Shown piece by piece: positions 1 through 8,004 of a stretch of DNA of 64,000 bases. The stretch is from contig CAZDZV010000006.1 of the NCBI GenBank assembly GCA_964510025.1, positions 11,143 to 75,142 of the forward strand, read 5' to 3'. The first letter of the stretch is position 1. Each line of letters starts with the position of its first letter. This DNA is from an uncultured Methanosarcinales archaeon. GTDB taxonomy: Archaea > Nanobdellota > Nanobdellia > Woesearchaeales > DATDXC01. A program made the position numbers and the translations under genes. Under the pieces are notes generated by a model, which saw nothing but the letters and a program-made list of their open reading frames with translations, was not told the DNA's origin and did no database searches.

Positions 1-227
1 CACCCTTCTTTTTGACAGGTCTGCCACAGCAAATATCAGAAATAAAACTAGCAAAAACCCTATTATAGGAAATATTCTACCCTTCACCACTTTTTTATCT
101 AAATTGAAGTTCTAGTCTTAAATAGTTTTCGGTTATATATGCTACACAAAAGGTAGTTAAAAACCGCTTGCCTTAAAATAAAAAAGTTTAAAAACAAGTA
201 GGTAATTACCTATTTCTAGGTGGTAAA

Positions 228-2774
228 ATGAACAAACTAGCTTTGATAAGTTTATTCTGTGTTATAGTCCTTGTGACTGGTGTTTATGGAATTGGCTATC
301 CTGTTCGTGGTAAAGTTAATGATGCCATTGATTGCGCAGATGGGGGGGCCAGAAGAGTGATACATGTTTACGTAACAGGGGATCCAGATAACTACGACAC
401 ATGTTACACCACGTCATATTTAGACAATAATAATTACGAATGTGATACTGAAAATATACCTGGGCATACTGTCGAAATTGGAAGCAGTATCACGGTTGAG
501 GTTATAGACAAAGGGGATGGTTATTATTCTGAACCTATATCTGTATTAGTTGATACGGTAACAAATGTACCTGATCTGCAACTAATTAAAGAAGGGATAA
601 TAGAACACCCAGATTATCCAACATGCCAGGGAGACACTGATGGTGATTATATAAATCAGGTTAGCGACAACTGTCCTTCTGTTTTCAACTGGGAGCAATA
701 CAATGCAGACAACGATGGCAGCGGCGATGCCTGCGATTGCGACAGCAGCGATGATACTGTTTACCATAACGCTCCTGAAATATGCGATGGCCAGGATAAC
801 CAGTGCGATGGGGATATTGGCTTTGGTGAGGTTGATGAAGGATGCGACGATGATTCAGATGATTATTGCGACCAGGCTATGACCACAGTTGGAACTCCTG
901 CTGTCTGCCCAAACGGTGGCGATGACTGTGATGATACAAATTCAGCTGTTAATCCAGGGGCATCAGAATCATGCAATGGATTAGATGACAATTGCGATGA
1001 TGTTATTGATGAAGGAGGAGATGCTCTTTGCAATCCTGGAGAGACCTGCACTGGTGAAGATGGCTGTATTGCTTCATCTTTCACATTATCATGGGAAGTT
1101 GTATTTGAGTCTACTTTGTTAACATATACAGATAGCTTCAATGCTGGTGTCGGTACAGGAGCATCAGATGGGTATGGTTCTGAAGATATCCTTCAGCCGC
1201 CTCCAAGCCCCAGTGGGATTGAGATGAAAACCATTGTGGATCTGGTGGCTCTGACAAAAGACTACAGACTAGATGATTCTGCAACGAAAATCTGGGAGAT
1301 AAAGTTGAAAGCGCAGGACCAGACAGGGGTCGGGTTTACTGGAAAGAATACGATATCCTGGTTCTTAGCTGATATACCTGATGATGTCAGACTTCTGATG
1401 ATAGACTACGGGACTGACAGTGCAAAGACCAATGTTGTAAATACTATTGACCTAAAGGTTGATCCTGACAACAAATATAGATTTGAGGTTTCAGGGGCAG
1501 ATGGGACCTATAGGTATCTGGAACTGATAGCAAGGCAGGTATCACCATCTGACAATATCGCTTACTATCCCTTTGACTCTGATTTCCTGGATGCTTCAGG
1601 AAACTTCCATGACGGAATTTCTCATGGGGACATCCAGTTTATCCCGGGGGTGATTAATGATGCAGCACTGTTCGATGGAGATGGAGATTACCTTGATATA
1701 GGCCTTTTTGTGCCCACTGACTCATTTAGCGTATCAGCCTGGGTAAAGAAAGCTGCTACCGCAAACGAGGACCAGGCCATCTTTGGCTATGGCACAGACG
1801 ATTATTTTGGTTACATGGGATTGATGAATATAGACCACAGCGGCTATAAGATGCCTTGGGGATCCATGTATACGACTGAAAGCCTGGATGACCAGTGGAC
1901 TTTCGTCACATGGGTAAGGGAGAGCACAGATAATCATTTCAGGGTTTATGTAGACGGTGAGATTTTTGCGCATATATATGGTACATGGACAGGATTGCTT
2001 CTGCCGCCTGCAAATAATACGCAATCAATAGGGGTCTCGCTAAACCATGCAAGCCCTATGGCAGACACATATTTCAGCGGCTATCTTGATGAGCTAAGAT
2101 TCTACGACAGGGTTCTGACAGAGCAGGAGATAGTAAATATGTGCAATGCAGACCAGGCAGCATCTGGCATTATCCCGGCAGACCAATGCTATAATATGAT
2201 GCCGCTTTCATCAGGATGGAATCTTGTTTCTATGCCGATCGTACCAACTGAATTCAACAAAGACAGGGAGATTTCCCTAAAGCAGGGCTGGAATCTTTTT
2301 GGGCATGTTTCCAAGGCTCCATTCTATTGGCTTGATGCAAAGATACGAAAAGCAGGGGAGACAAAAACAATAGAAGAAGCGCATTCAGATGTGTGGGTCC
2401 AGTCTACTATATACCATTTTGACCCTGGACAACAGGTCTATACCTTTGTGCCTGGAGACACTGACTACCTGGAGCCAAGCAAAGGCTACTGGCTGTATGC
2501 GTTCGAAGATGATCTGACCCTGATACTGGAAAACGCAGGTGGAGCAGCTATGGAAAACGACTTCTTGTGGACAGACGCTGAAATAAGCGATGGAACAGAG
2601 ACAAAAACACTTGAAGAGGCAAACCAGGCCGGATGGCTGCAATCGACAGTCTATTATTATGACGCAGAAGAGCAGGTTTACAAATTCGTGCCTGGAGACG
2701 ATGACTACACTTATCCATGGAAAGGCTACTGGATCTACTGCAACATAGATGACCTGACCCTGACTATCAGCTAA
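228..2774 (+). CDS. secreted mosaic surface protein: TSP3-like Ca-binding repeat, Cys/Asp-rich repeats, LamG-like domain, duplicated C-terminal ~95-aa module
   Basis: 848-aa ORF. ATG 228 is preceded by aggtgg. Hydrophobic leader MNKLALISLFCVIVLVTGVYG. DNCPSVFNWEQYNADNDGSGDACD is thrombospondin type-3-like. CDGQDNQCDG and CNGLDDNCDDVIDEG repeats. LamG_3-like FDGDGDYLDIG ... GYLDELRFYDRVLTEQEI. The tail module QST.Y..D...QVY.FVPGD.DY..P.KGYW.Y...DDLTL occurs twice. Confidence 0.75.
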   Translation: MNKLALISLFCVIVLVTGVYGIGYPVRGKVNDAIDCADGGARRVIHVYVTGDPDNYDTCYTTSYLDNNNYECDTENIPGHTVEIGSSITVEVIDKGDGYYSEPISVLVDTVTNVPDLQLIKEGIIEHPDYPTCQGDTDGDYINQVSDNCPSVFNWEQYNADNDGSGDACDCDSSDDTVYHNAPEICDGQDNQCDGDIGFGEVDEGCDDDSDDYCDQAMTTVGTPAVCPNGGDDCDDTNSAVNPGASESCNGLDDNCDDVIDEGGDALCNPGETCTGEDGCIASSFTLSWEVVFESTLLTYTDSFNAGVGTGASDGYGSEDILQPPPSPSGIEMKTIVDLVALTKDYRLDDSATKIWEIKLKAQDQTGVGFTGKNTISWFLADIPDDVRLLMIDYGTDSAKTNVVNTIDLKVDPDNKYRFEVSGADGTYRYLELIARQVSPSDNIAYYPFDSDFLDASGNFHDGISHGDIQFIPGVINDAALFDGDGDYLDIGLFVPTDSFSVSAWVKKAATANEDQAIFGYGTDDYFGYMGLMNIDHSGYKMPWGSMYTTESLDDQWTFVTWVRESTDNHFRVYVDGEIFAHIYGTWTGLLLPPANNTQSIGVSLNHASPMADTYFSGYLDELRFYDRVLTEQEIVNMCNADQAASGIIPADQCYNMMPLSSGWNLVSMPIVPTEFNKDREISLKQGWNLFGHVSKAPFYWLDAKIRKAGETKTIEEAHSDVWVQSTIYHFDPGQQVYTFVPGDTDYLEPSKGYWLYAFEDDLTLILENAGGAAMENDFLWTDAEISDGTETKTLEEANQAGWLQSTVYYYDAEEQVYKFVPGDDDYTYPWKGYWIYCNIDDLTLTIS

Positions 2775-4134
2775 ACATTATTTTTTTCTTGTTTCTTTGC
2801 GTCATTATGCATAGTAATATTAGTATGAATACCAGAACTGACAGTGCTACCAAAGCAATGTCTTTTGCGGACTTTTTTTGCGATTGGAGTATTATCTCCT
2901 GCATAATCTCTTCCTCGGTGATTCCGCTGATAGCAACATTTTCTAGATTATAGCCTTCTGCTTTAAAGTACACAAATTTTTCATCTTCATCGACCTTAAT
3001 GGTATTTAGCTTTTCCCACTGGTTTGTTTTCTGAATCCTGTTGTATAGGTATACGTCGTTTTCAGTGAGTTGATTGGTTTGCAGCCATGTTTTCTCCACC
3101 TTAAAGGTAAACACCACTTTCTCAACATCATCATCATCCATATTTCTTTTGACTATCTCAAACTGGCTATATGCTATGCCAGGTGGTTCGCTTGCAGCGA
3201 AAGCCGGTAGCACGCTTTTCACAGCCATGCCTACATTCTTGACTTTCTTTTTCGTAAAGATGGAGATGCTTTCTATAGCCATGCCATCCAGTACAACATT
3301 GACCGGCTTATCAGGGGTAATCTCCTGGTATCTGATCTTTTTCTGAATGATCTCCACAGGTGCTACCGCAACTGGCTGATCGGCGGTGGGAGCAGCGCTT
3401 CCTGCCCCGCCACCGCCGCCTCCGCCGCTGCATACCCCGCAATCCTGGGGGCAAGTCGAGCATGTTTCATCCGGACTGCAAGTCCCATCACCGCAGTCAG
3501 AGACAGCATCGACAGTAAAATAGGCATAGTTTGTCCTTACATTGTTTTCTGAATCATTTGCATAGATCTGGATTAGATATTCGCCATCCGCCAGGTCTTC
3601 GATATTTATTTCGCTGAAATTGCATTCCCTGCATAAGGTGATATTTGCTCCGCCATCAAAGCTATACCAGATTGTATCATTGTAATCCCTTATGGTTGTT
3701 GCATTCACCACAACAGAATCCTCGTCATAAGCTGTAGTTGACGGCGCATCGATTGAGACGATTGCCAGCAATTGCATTACCGGAGCTACGTTATAGGCAC
3801 CATAATCAGTAGTTAAGCTCACAGAATTAGATACATAGTTACCTTCATTATCCACCATCTTTGCATGCAAAATATCACCAGCATTCCAATCATAACTAGG
3901 TATCAAATCAGGATCGCAACAGTAAACATTGTCCCATGCATTTACAATACAGGAATCATTATTCGGTTCAGTATTCTCTGTGTAGATTACTACCTCTCTC
4001 CAAGCTGGTTCAGTTCCATCATAGGCGTTGCTGATTTCCCCACAGATTAAGGGAGCCCCAATAGCATTTATGCTCAGTAAAAAAAATACGGATATGTACA
4101 GTAGCACAAATTTATTCTTGTTGCCAGTTAACAT
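2767..4134 (-). CDS. surface protein with PGF-pre-PGF-like domain and C-terminal membrane anchor
   Basis: 455-aa ORF. Leader FVLLYISVFFLLSINAIGA. Poly-Gly linker CSGGGGGGGAGSA. PGF-pre-PGF-like block VNVVLDGMAIESISIFTKKKVKNVGMAVKSV ... FVYFKAEGYNLENVAISG. C-terminal TM IALVALSVLVFILILLCIM plus a basic tail. The 3' end overlaps the convergent 228..2774 gene by 8 nt. Confidence 0.7.
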   Translation of the reverse strand: MLTGNKNKFVLLYISVFFLLSINAIGAPLICGEISNAYDGTEPAWREVVIYTENTEPNNDSCIVNAWDNVYCCDPDLIPSYDWNAGDILHAKMVDNEGNYVSNSVSLTTDYGAYNVAPVMQLLAIVSIDAPSTTAYDEDSVVVNATTIRDYNDTIWYSFDGGANITLCRECNFSEINIEDLADGEYLIQIYANDSENNVRTNYAYFTVDAVSDCGDGTCSPDETCSTCPQDCGVCSGGGGGGGAGSAAPTADQPVAVAPVEIIQKKIRYQEITPDKPVNVVLDGMAIESISIFTKKKVKNVGMAVKSVLPAFAASEPPGIAYSQFEIVKRNMDDDDVEKVVFTFKVEKTWLQTNQLTENDVYLYNRIQKTNQWEKLNTIKVDEDEKFVYFKAEGYNLENVAISGITEEEIMQEIILQSQKKSAKDIALVALSVLVFILILLCIMTQRNKKKIMFS

Positions 4135-5581
4135 CGTCTGTTATGAATACACTATATGCTTCCTCCAAAGCTATTTCAAAATTTCCAATCTTAAAGGGCC
4201 CAATGTCAATAGAGCCATCCCATTCTTGTGTTGTTGCATCCCAGCGATTTACACTATTACTGGTTGGGATGCTGTCCATCAAATCATGAGCATCAGTATA
4301 AGTTGTATTACCATACAATGATACAAAATGTCTACCATTATGTTTGTTTTTATCTTCCACATAATTCATCGATATACTTTGGTTTTCAATGAGGCTGCCC
4401 GCCCAGCTCCACTCCATTGATATAGGGCTATCTGTCTTAAGATATACATATACAGCTGATGCTGTCTTATTGATATTAAAATTGCACGGTTCTGCACTGC
4501 AAAAAGCTGGAGGGGGGCAAGAGAATTCTGTACAAACCCAGTAATCTACTGTCGGATCTTCCGGTTGATAAATATAGAATCTCACACTATCAAACTCCTG
4601 AGAAAGCTCTAGCAAATCTTCAGCATCACTTATATATGATGCATTGAGATAAAGACCTAGATAATTCTTGGCAGAATCACCACTTTTCCTCGCAAACGTA
4701 AAATTCTGCTTTCCGACTATGTCAATTGTCTTGTTCAGGCCTCTGTCATTGACAGCAAAAACCCTGTAGTACACTCTTCTGTTCTGCAGCGCTGCTGCAT
4801 CCAGGAATGATTCTTCACCAACACCTATCGTAACGCAGTTGCTCCATCCAGACTGCAGGGAGGTTGTATTGCATATCATAATGTCCTTTGTGTAGTTAGT
4901 GTCGGCAACATCCCATGTCAAGGTGACACCCTCAGCTTCATCGAGGCTTATGTTGAGCCCCATAGGACCCAAAGGATACTTGCTGTAATTAACATCAACA
5001 TAGCTTGAGTTAACTGCTGTGCCGTTATCAGTGCCGTCGAAGGCCACAGCTTCGCATGTCCAGTTTGCCCCTATTGTGACATTTCCGTCCAATATGAGGC
5101 TGATGTTGTCAAACTCAGGCTTATGGGTGCCGTTTACGAACCATTTATAATAATACGAGAGATTATCATAGTTATCGTCAGAGCCGGTTGCAGTGCAGTT
5201 CAGATCGCTCGTCTCGTTTGGATTGGCGGGAAGAACCTCTACAGTCAGCACAGCTGGTGCTGTGTTGTCGACGCTCACATTCGCAAATGTGCTCAGGCTG
5301 TAATACCCTGTCAGGCTTGGGGCACCTAGATAGGTCAAGATTCCTGTTATGCTTAATATGACTGTTATCATGCTTATCGTCAGAAGAATATTTGTTTTTT
5401 CAAGCCTTCTTTGTTCAAGCTGCCTTATCTCTGACGTTATCTGCCTGACGCGGGCCTCGTAGCCCTCTATCCTCTCAGCATAATAACGCTTCAGCTCCCC
5501 ATCGACCATTGACCTATACCTGTCGGCAAGATGGATATAGCCTACAAGCTCTGCTCTTTTCTTCCTAAGTCTGTCGATCAT
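4112..5581 (-). CDS. type-II membrane-anchored, sequon-dense extracellular protein
   Basis: 489-aa ORF with an ATGA overlap to the upstream gene. Coiled-coil cytoplasmic N-terminus, one TM (ILLTISMITVILSITGILTYLG), then about 400 aa with about 20 N-x-S/T sequons. Domain pattern LNCTATGSDDNYDNLSYYYKWFVNG...NWTCEAVAFDG. Confidence 0.65.
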   Translation of the reverse strand: MIDRLRKKRAELVGYIHLADRYRSMVDGELKRYYAERIEGYEARVRQITSEIRQLEQRRLEKTNILLTISMITVILSITGILTYLGAPSLTGYYSLSTFANVSVDNTAPAVLTVEVLPANPNETSDLNCTATGSDDNYDNLSYYYKWFVNGTHKPEFDNISLILDGNVTIGANWTCEAVAFDGTDNGTAVNSSYVDVNYSKYPLGPMGLNISLDEAEGVTLTWDVADTNYTKDIMICNTTSLQSGWSNCVTIGVGEESFLDAAALQNRRVYYRVFAVNDRGLNKTIDIVGKQNFTFARKSGDSAKNYLGLYLNASYISDAEDLLELSQEFDSVRFYIYQPEDPTVDYWVCTEFSCPPPAFCSAEPCNFNINKTASAVYVYLKTDSPISMEWSWAGSLIENQSISMNYVEDKNKHNGRHFVSLYGNTTYTDAHDLMDSIPTSNSVNRWDATTQEWDGSIDIGPFKIGNFEIALEEAYSVFITDDVNWQQE

Positions 5582-6036
5582 TTTGTTCTGTTGTATACTG
5601 TCCAGATTGTCTTTTCATTTCTGTGCAGCAACTCCCCTATATCATGATAGCTGATTTCGAAATTATCCTTGATAAAAACAACAATTGCGCCTAGCAGGCT
5701 TGATCCTGATTTCAAAGCGTCAAAAGGGATGTCATACTTTGAATAGCTGTAGCTGTAGCTTCTTGGATACTTTCTCTTAGAGTTCCTGTAAGCAAGCCAG
5801 CAAGAAGAAACCTCTTTATCCAGCAAACCCGCTATCTCCTTAAAAGACTTGTCCATATTCTCCCGCAGAAACTTAACAACTGTCTCAAGTGGGCTTAGCT
5901 TATCATTGAAGATAGAAACAGGCAATTTGTCTTCACCTTCCAGCAAGCCAAAAACCTCTTCAGCGCTAAGGTCATACTTAGCCCTAAACCTGTCAAACCT
6001 TTCCTGCAATTGCACTAAATCAGTTTCCTGAATCAT
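5578..6036 (-). CDS. tandem helix-turn-helix DNA-binding protein
   Basis: 152-aa ORF with ATG at 6036. Two sigma70-region-4/LuxR-like HTH units: LSPLETVVKFLRENMDKSFKEIAGLLDKEVSSCWLAYRNSKRK and LLGAIVVFIKDNFEISYHDIGELLHRNEKTIWTVYNRTK. First gene of a 3-gene overlapping minus-strand operon. Confidence 0.5.
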   Translation of the reverse strand: MIQETDLVQLQERFDRFRAKYDLSAEEVFGLLEGEDKLPVSIFNDKLSPLETVVKFLRENMDKSFKEIAGLLDKEVSSCWLAYRNSKRKYPRSYSYSYSKYDIPFDALKSGSSLLGAIVVFIKDNFEISYHDIGELLHRNEKTIWTVYNRTK

Positions 6037-6285
6037 ATAAATAAGTATTAAAATTATATTTGTAAGTATATAAATCTTTTTATTTTATATTTGTAAGTTT
6101 CATTAAAATTTAAGTAAGTATTATCTTTTTATTTGTAAGTAATTTTATATATTTATAAGTATTTAATTTTATAAATAAGCAATAAAACAATATTTGTAAG
6201 CTTATATATTATATAAATAAGTAATTAATAAATATTTAAAAGTATAAATTTATATTAATAAGTAATAAATATTTATTTGTAAGAA
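6037..6285. repeat. AT-rich array of ~12 tandem 20-21-bp units with core AT(T/A)(T/A)(G/A)TAAG (iteron-like)
   Basis: TAAG cores at 6042, 6063, 6094, 6115, 6136, 6156, 6176, 6197, 6218, 6259 and 6280, plus a degenerate AAAG at 6239. Exact TATTTGTAAG at 6057, 6088, 6130, 6191 and 6274. Spacing is 20-21 bp except for one 31-bp unit. Almost no G/C. Confidence 0.8.
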
Positions 6286-7359
6286 CTATTTCTTGACAGG
6301 TTTCATATCTTTTGTCTTTTCCTTGTCAGGCTTGTCATCCTTCTTCTCTTTATCGTTCTTCTCTTCTTTTTTCTCTGATTTGACTTCAGCTGAAGCTTCA
6401 GCTGGCTTGCCTTCCAGATGCTTATTGAGGTATTCCTGAAGCTTTAGTCCCTGTGCAAACAAGGGATTGTCCTTGAGCAGATCTTCAAAGGCCTTTGACA
6501 TTATCTCTGCTTTCTCTATCTTAAATTCAAACTCGCCCCTTAGCTTGCCTTCCATCTCCTTGAACCTGTCTGCAAGCTTCCTGAAATATTCCTCAACCTC
6601 GGCAAGTACCTTCTTAACCTTCTTATCGTGTTTCTCTATCTTCTCTATCTTTGTCTCAAACTCCTTCTTCTTCAGGAATGTGCCGGAAGAGACCTCCAGC
6701 TTATCCACCTTGGCAGTAAGCTCCTTAAGCTCGCCTTTGAGGCTTTCAAGCTTGTCTGCAAATGTGTTAAACGCTTCAAAGCTTTTCTGCGCTTCTATGA
6801 AAACATTGTCCACCCTGTCAGCATGCCTCTCTACCTCGGCAGTTATCTTCTTCACGGTCATTATCTCTGTCTTGACCTCCTCATTGAGCTTTATGACCTG
6901 CTCTATGCCCCTGAAAACATTTACCTGGTCCCTTATTTTCCTCAGCTGGTCCATTATGTTCTTCATCATCTCTTCTTTAGCTTCCAGAATTCCCCGTAAC
7001 CCTTCTATCTTTCCATCCTCTTTCTGGACCTGGATCATCAGCTTGTCTGGATGCACGCTCTCTACCAGGTCAGCTGCCTTTGTGGCCTTAACCTCGATCA
7101 TTCCGACTGTCCTTTGAGTATCATTAATCTGCCCCCTTATCTCCCCTATCTGTTCGTTCATGGTGGCAAACCTTTCGCCTGTAGATTTCCTCATCTCTTT
7201 CAGGCTTTCCAGGGTGCCGTTTATCTTCGTAAGGTCTGCCTGGATCATCTCTACTTTCTGAGAAACATTCGCATCTGCAGGAATCTCTTTGTTCTCCTCT
7301 TCCTCTTCGTCATCAGATTCCTCTTCTTGCTTCTTTTTTTTCTTTTTAAAAGGCCACAT
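6286..7359 (-). CDS. long coiled-coil protein with Lys-run/acidic N-terminus and Lys-rich tail
   Basis: ATG at 7359; the ORF track begins one codon earlier at GTG 7362. N-terminal KKKKKKQEEESDDEEEEE, then about 300 aa of heptad-like E/K/L-rich sequence. No catalytic motif seen. Confidence 0.6.
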   Translation of the reverse strand: MWPFKKKKKKQEEESDDEEEEENKEIPADANVSQKVEMIQADLTKINGTLESLKEMRKSTGERFATMNEQIGEIRGQINDTQRTVGMIEVKATKAADLVESVHPDKLMIQVQKEDGKIEGLRGILEAKEEMMKNIMDQLRKIRDQVNVFRGIEQVIKLNEEVKTEIMTVKKITAEVERHADRVDNVFIEAQKSFEAFNTFADKLESLKGELKELTAKVDKLEVSSGTFLKKKEFETKIEKIEKHDKKVKKVLAEVEEYFRKLADRFKEMEGKLRGEFEFKIEKAEIMSKAFEDLLKDNPLFAQGLKLQEYLNKHLEGKPAEASAEVKSEKKEEKNDKEKKDDKPDKEKTKDMKPVKK

Positions 7360-7455
7360 CACACCAAATAATTAATAGACTACTATATTAAACTTTTGCA
7401 TAAAAGAAAACTTTATATATGTATTAAACGAATATTGGCCAAAAGGGGTGATAAA

Positions 7456-7929
7456 TTGAAGAAGGTTTCTCATATTGATGACTTTAGGACTCCTAACTAC
7501 AGGGTTTTCTATGCAGGACCTTATTTCAATCTTGATCTGTGGTATGAGATCACATGGAACAAGAAACATCTTAAAAAGCTGAAAAAACATGCGCAAAACC
7601 CCCATCTCTTCCATAAGCAGTTCCACGATAAGAAGTCAGACGATGCAAAGAAGAGGCATTTCAGGGAGCATGTGATTGACAGCATCCCTTTTCATGAAAA
7701 GATACTGGATGAGCATCAAAGAAGGCTTGACACTATCTTAGAGCTGATGCCTTTGCGAAAATACAAGAAGATCGTAGGCATCTCCATCAAACACGGCGGC
7801 ACGCCAGAATTTTTTGTCTATGACAAAATCAACAAGGAGGTATTTTTTGTTGTAGAGCATCTCACAGACGAAAGGAAAAAATGGATTAAGCTTGTCAGGA
7901 AATTATGTGATGTAATAATATTAAAATGA
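7456..7929 (+). CDS. hypothetical protein with C-terminal VRR-NUC / PD-(D/E)xK-like pattern
   Basis: Frame is open from 7396. TTG 7456 lies a few nt after the SD-like ggggtga; the start is uncertain. C-terminal GGTPEFFVYDKINKEVFFVVEHLTDERKKWIKLVRKL resembles the G.PD-hhh...hhh-E.K...W layout of VRR-NUC, but the Lys position is not conserved. Confidence 0.4.
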   Translation: MKKVSHIDDFRTPNYRVFYAGPYFNLDLWYEITWNKKHLKKLKKHAQNPHLFHKQFHDKKSDDAKKRHFREHVIDSIPFHEKILDEHQRRLDTILELMPLRKYKKIVGISIKHGGTPEFFVYDKINKEVFFVVEHLTDERKKWIKLVRKLCDVIILK

Positions 7930-8004
7930 TTATATTTAATACTTTTTAGCACTATGTTTATATATTTTTTAGGAAGGGGAAAAATCAATGCAAGGGGGTA
8001 GTAC

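Noticed and set aside
1-90. Possible 5' end of a minus-strand gene running off the left edge: GTG at 88-90, then VKGRIFPIIGFLLVLFLIFAVADLSKRRV.
   Set aside because: Only 30 codons are visible, the start is non-ATG and no motif is present. There is not enough evidence to call a feature.
6037-6285. Possibility that the tandem array is a CRISPR array or a minisatellite-type assembly artefact.
   Set aside because: The units are only 20-21 bp with no unique spacers, so it is not a CRISPR. The units are degenerate rather than identical, which argues against a collapse or expansion artefact. It is kept as an iteron-like finding instead.
6467-7117. Long antisense or alternative-frame ORFs in the track. 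Examples: 6467..7117, 6628..6999, 8505..9041, 11857..12252, 11994..12419, 17930..18448, 18310..19032, 35622..36017, 42139..42552, 43434..43811, 61721..62113, 62912..63346.
   Set aside because: Each lies entirely inside, and opposite to or out of frame with, a much longer ORF that has clear family motifs. Their translations are low-complexity (S/L/F/I-rich), as expected for shadow frames of A/T-rich, K/E-rich coding sequence.
6286-7359. Coiled-coil protein as an archaellum FlaC/D/E-like component, based on a C-terminal FEDLLKDNPLF reminiscent of the FlaC ...YE....NPF ending.
   Set aside because: The match is a few residues in a low-complexity coiled coil, and no other archaellum genes are nearby.
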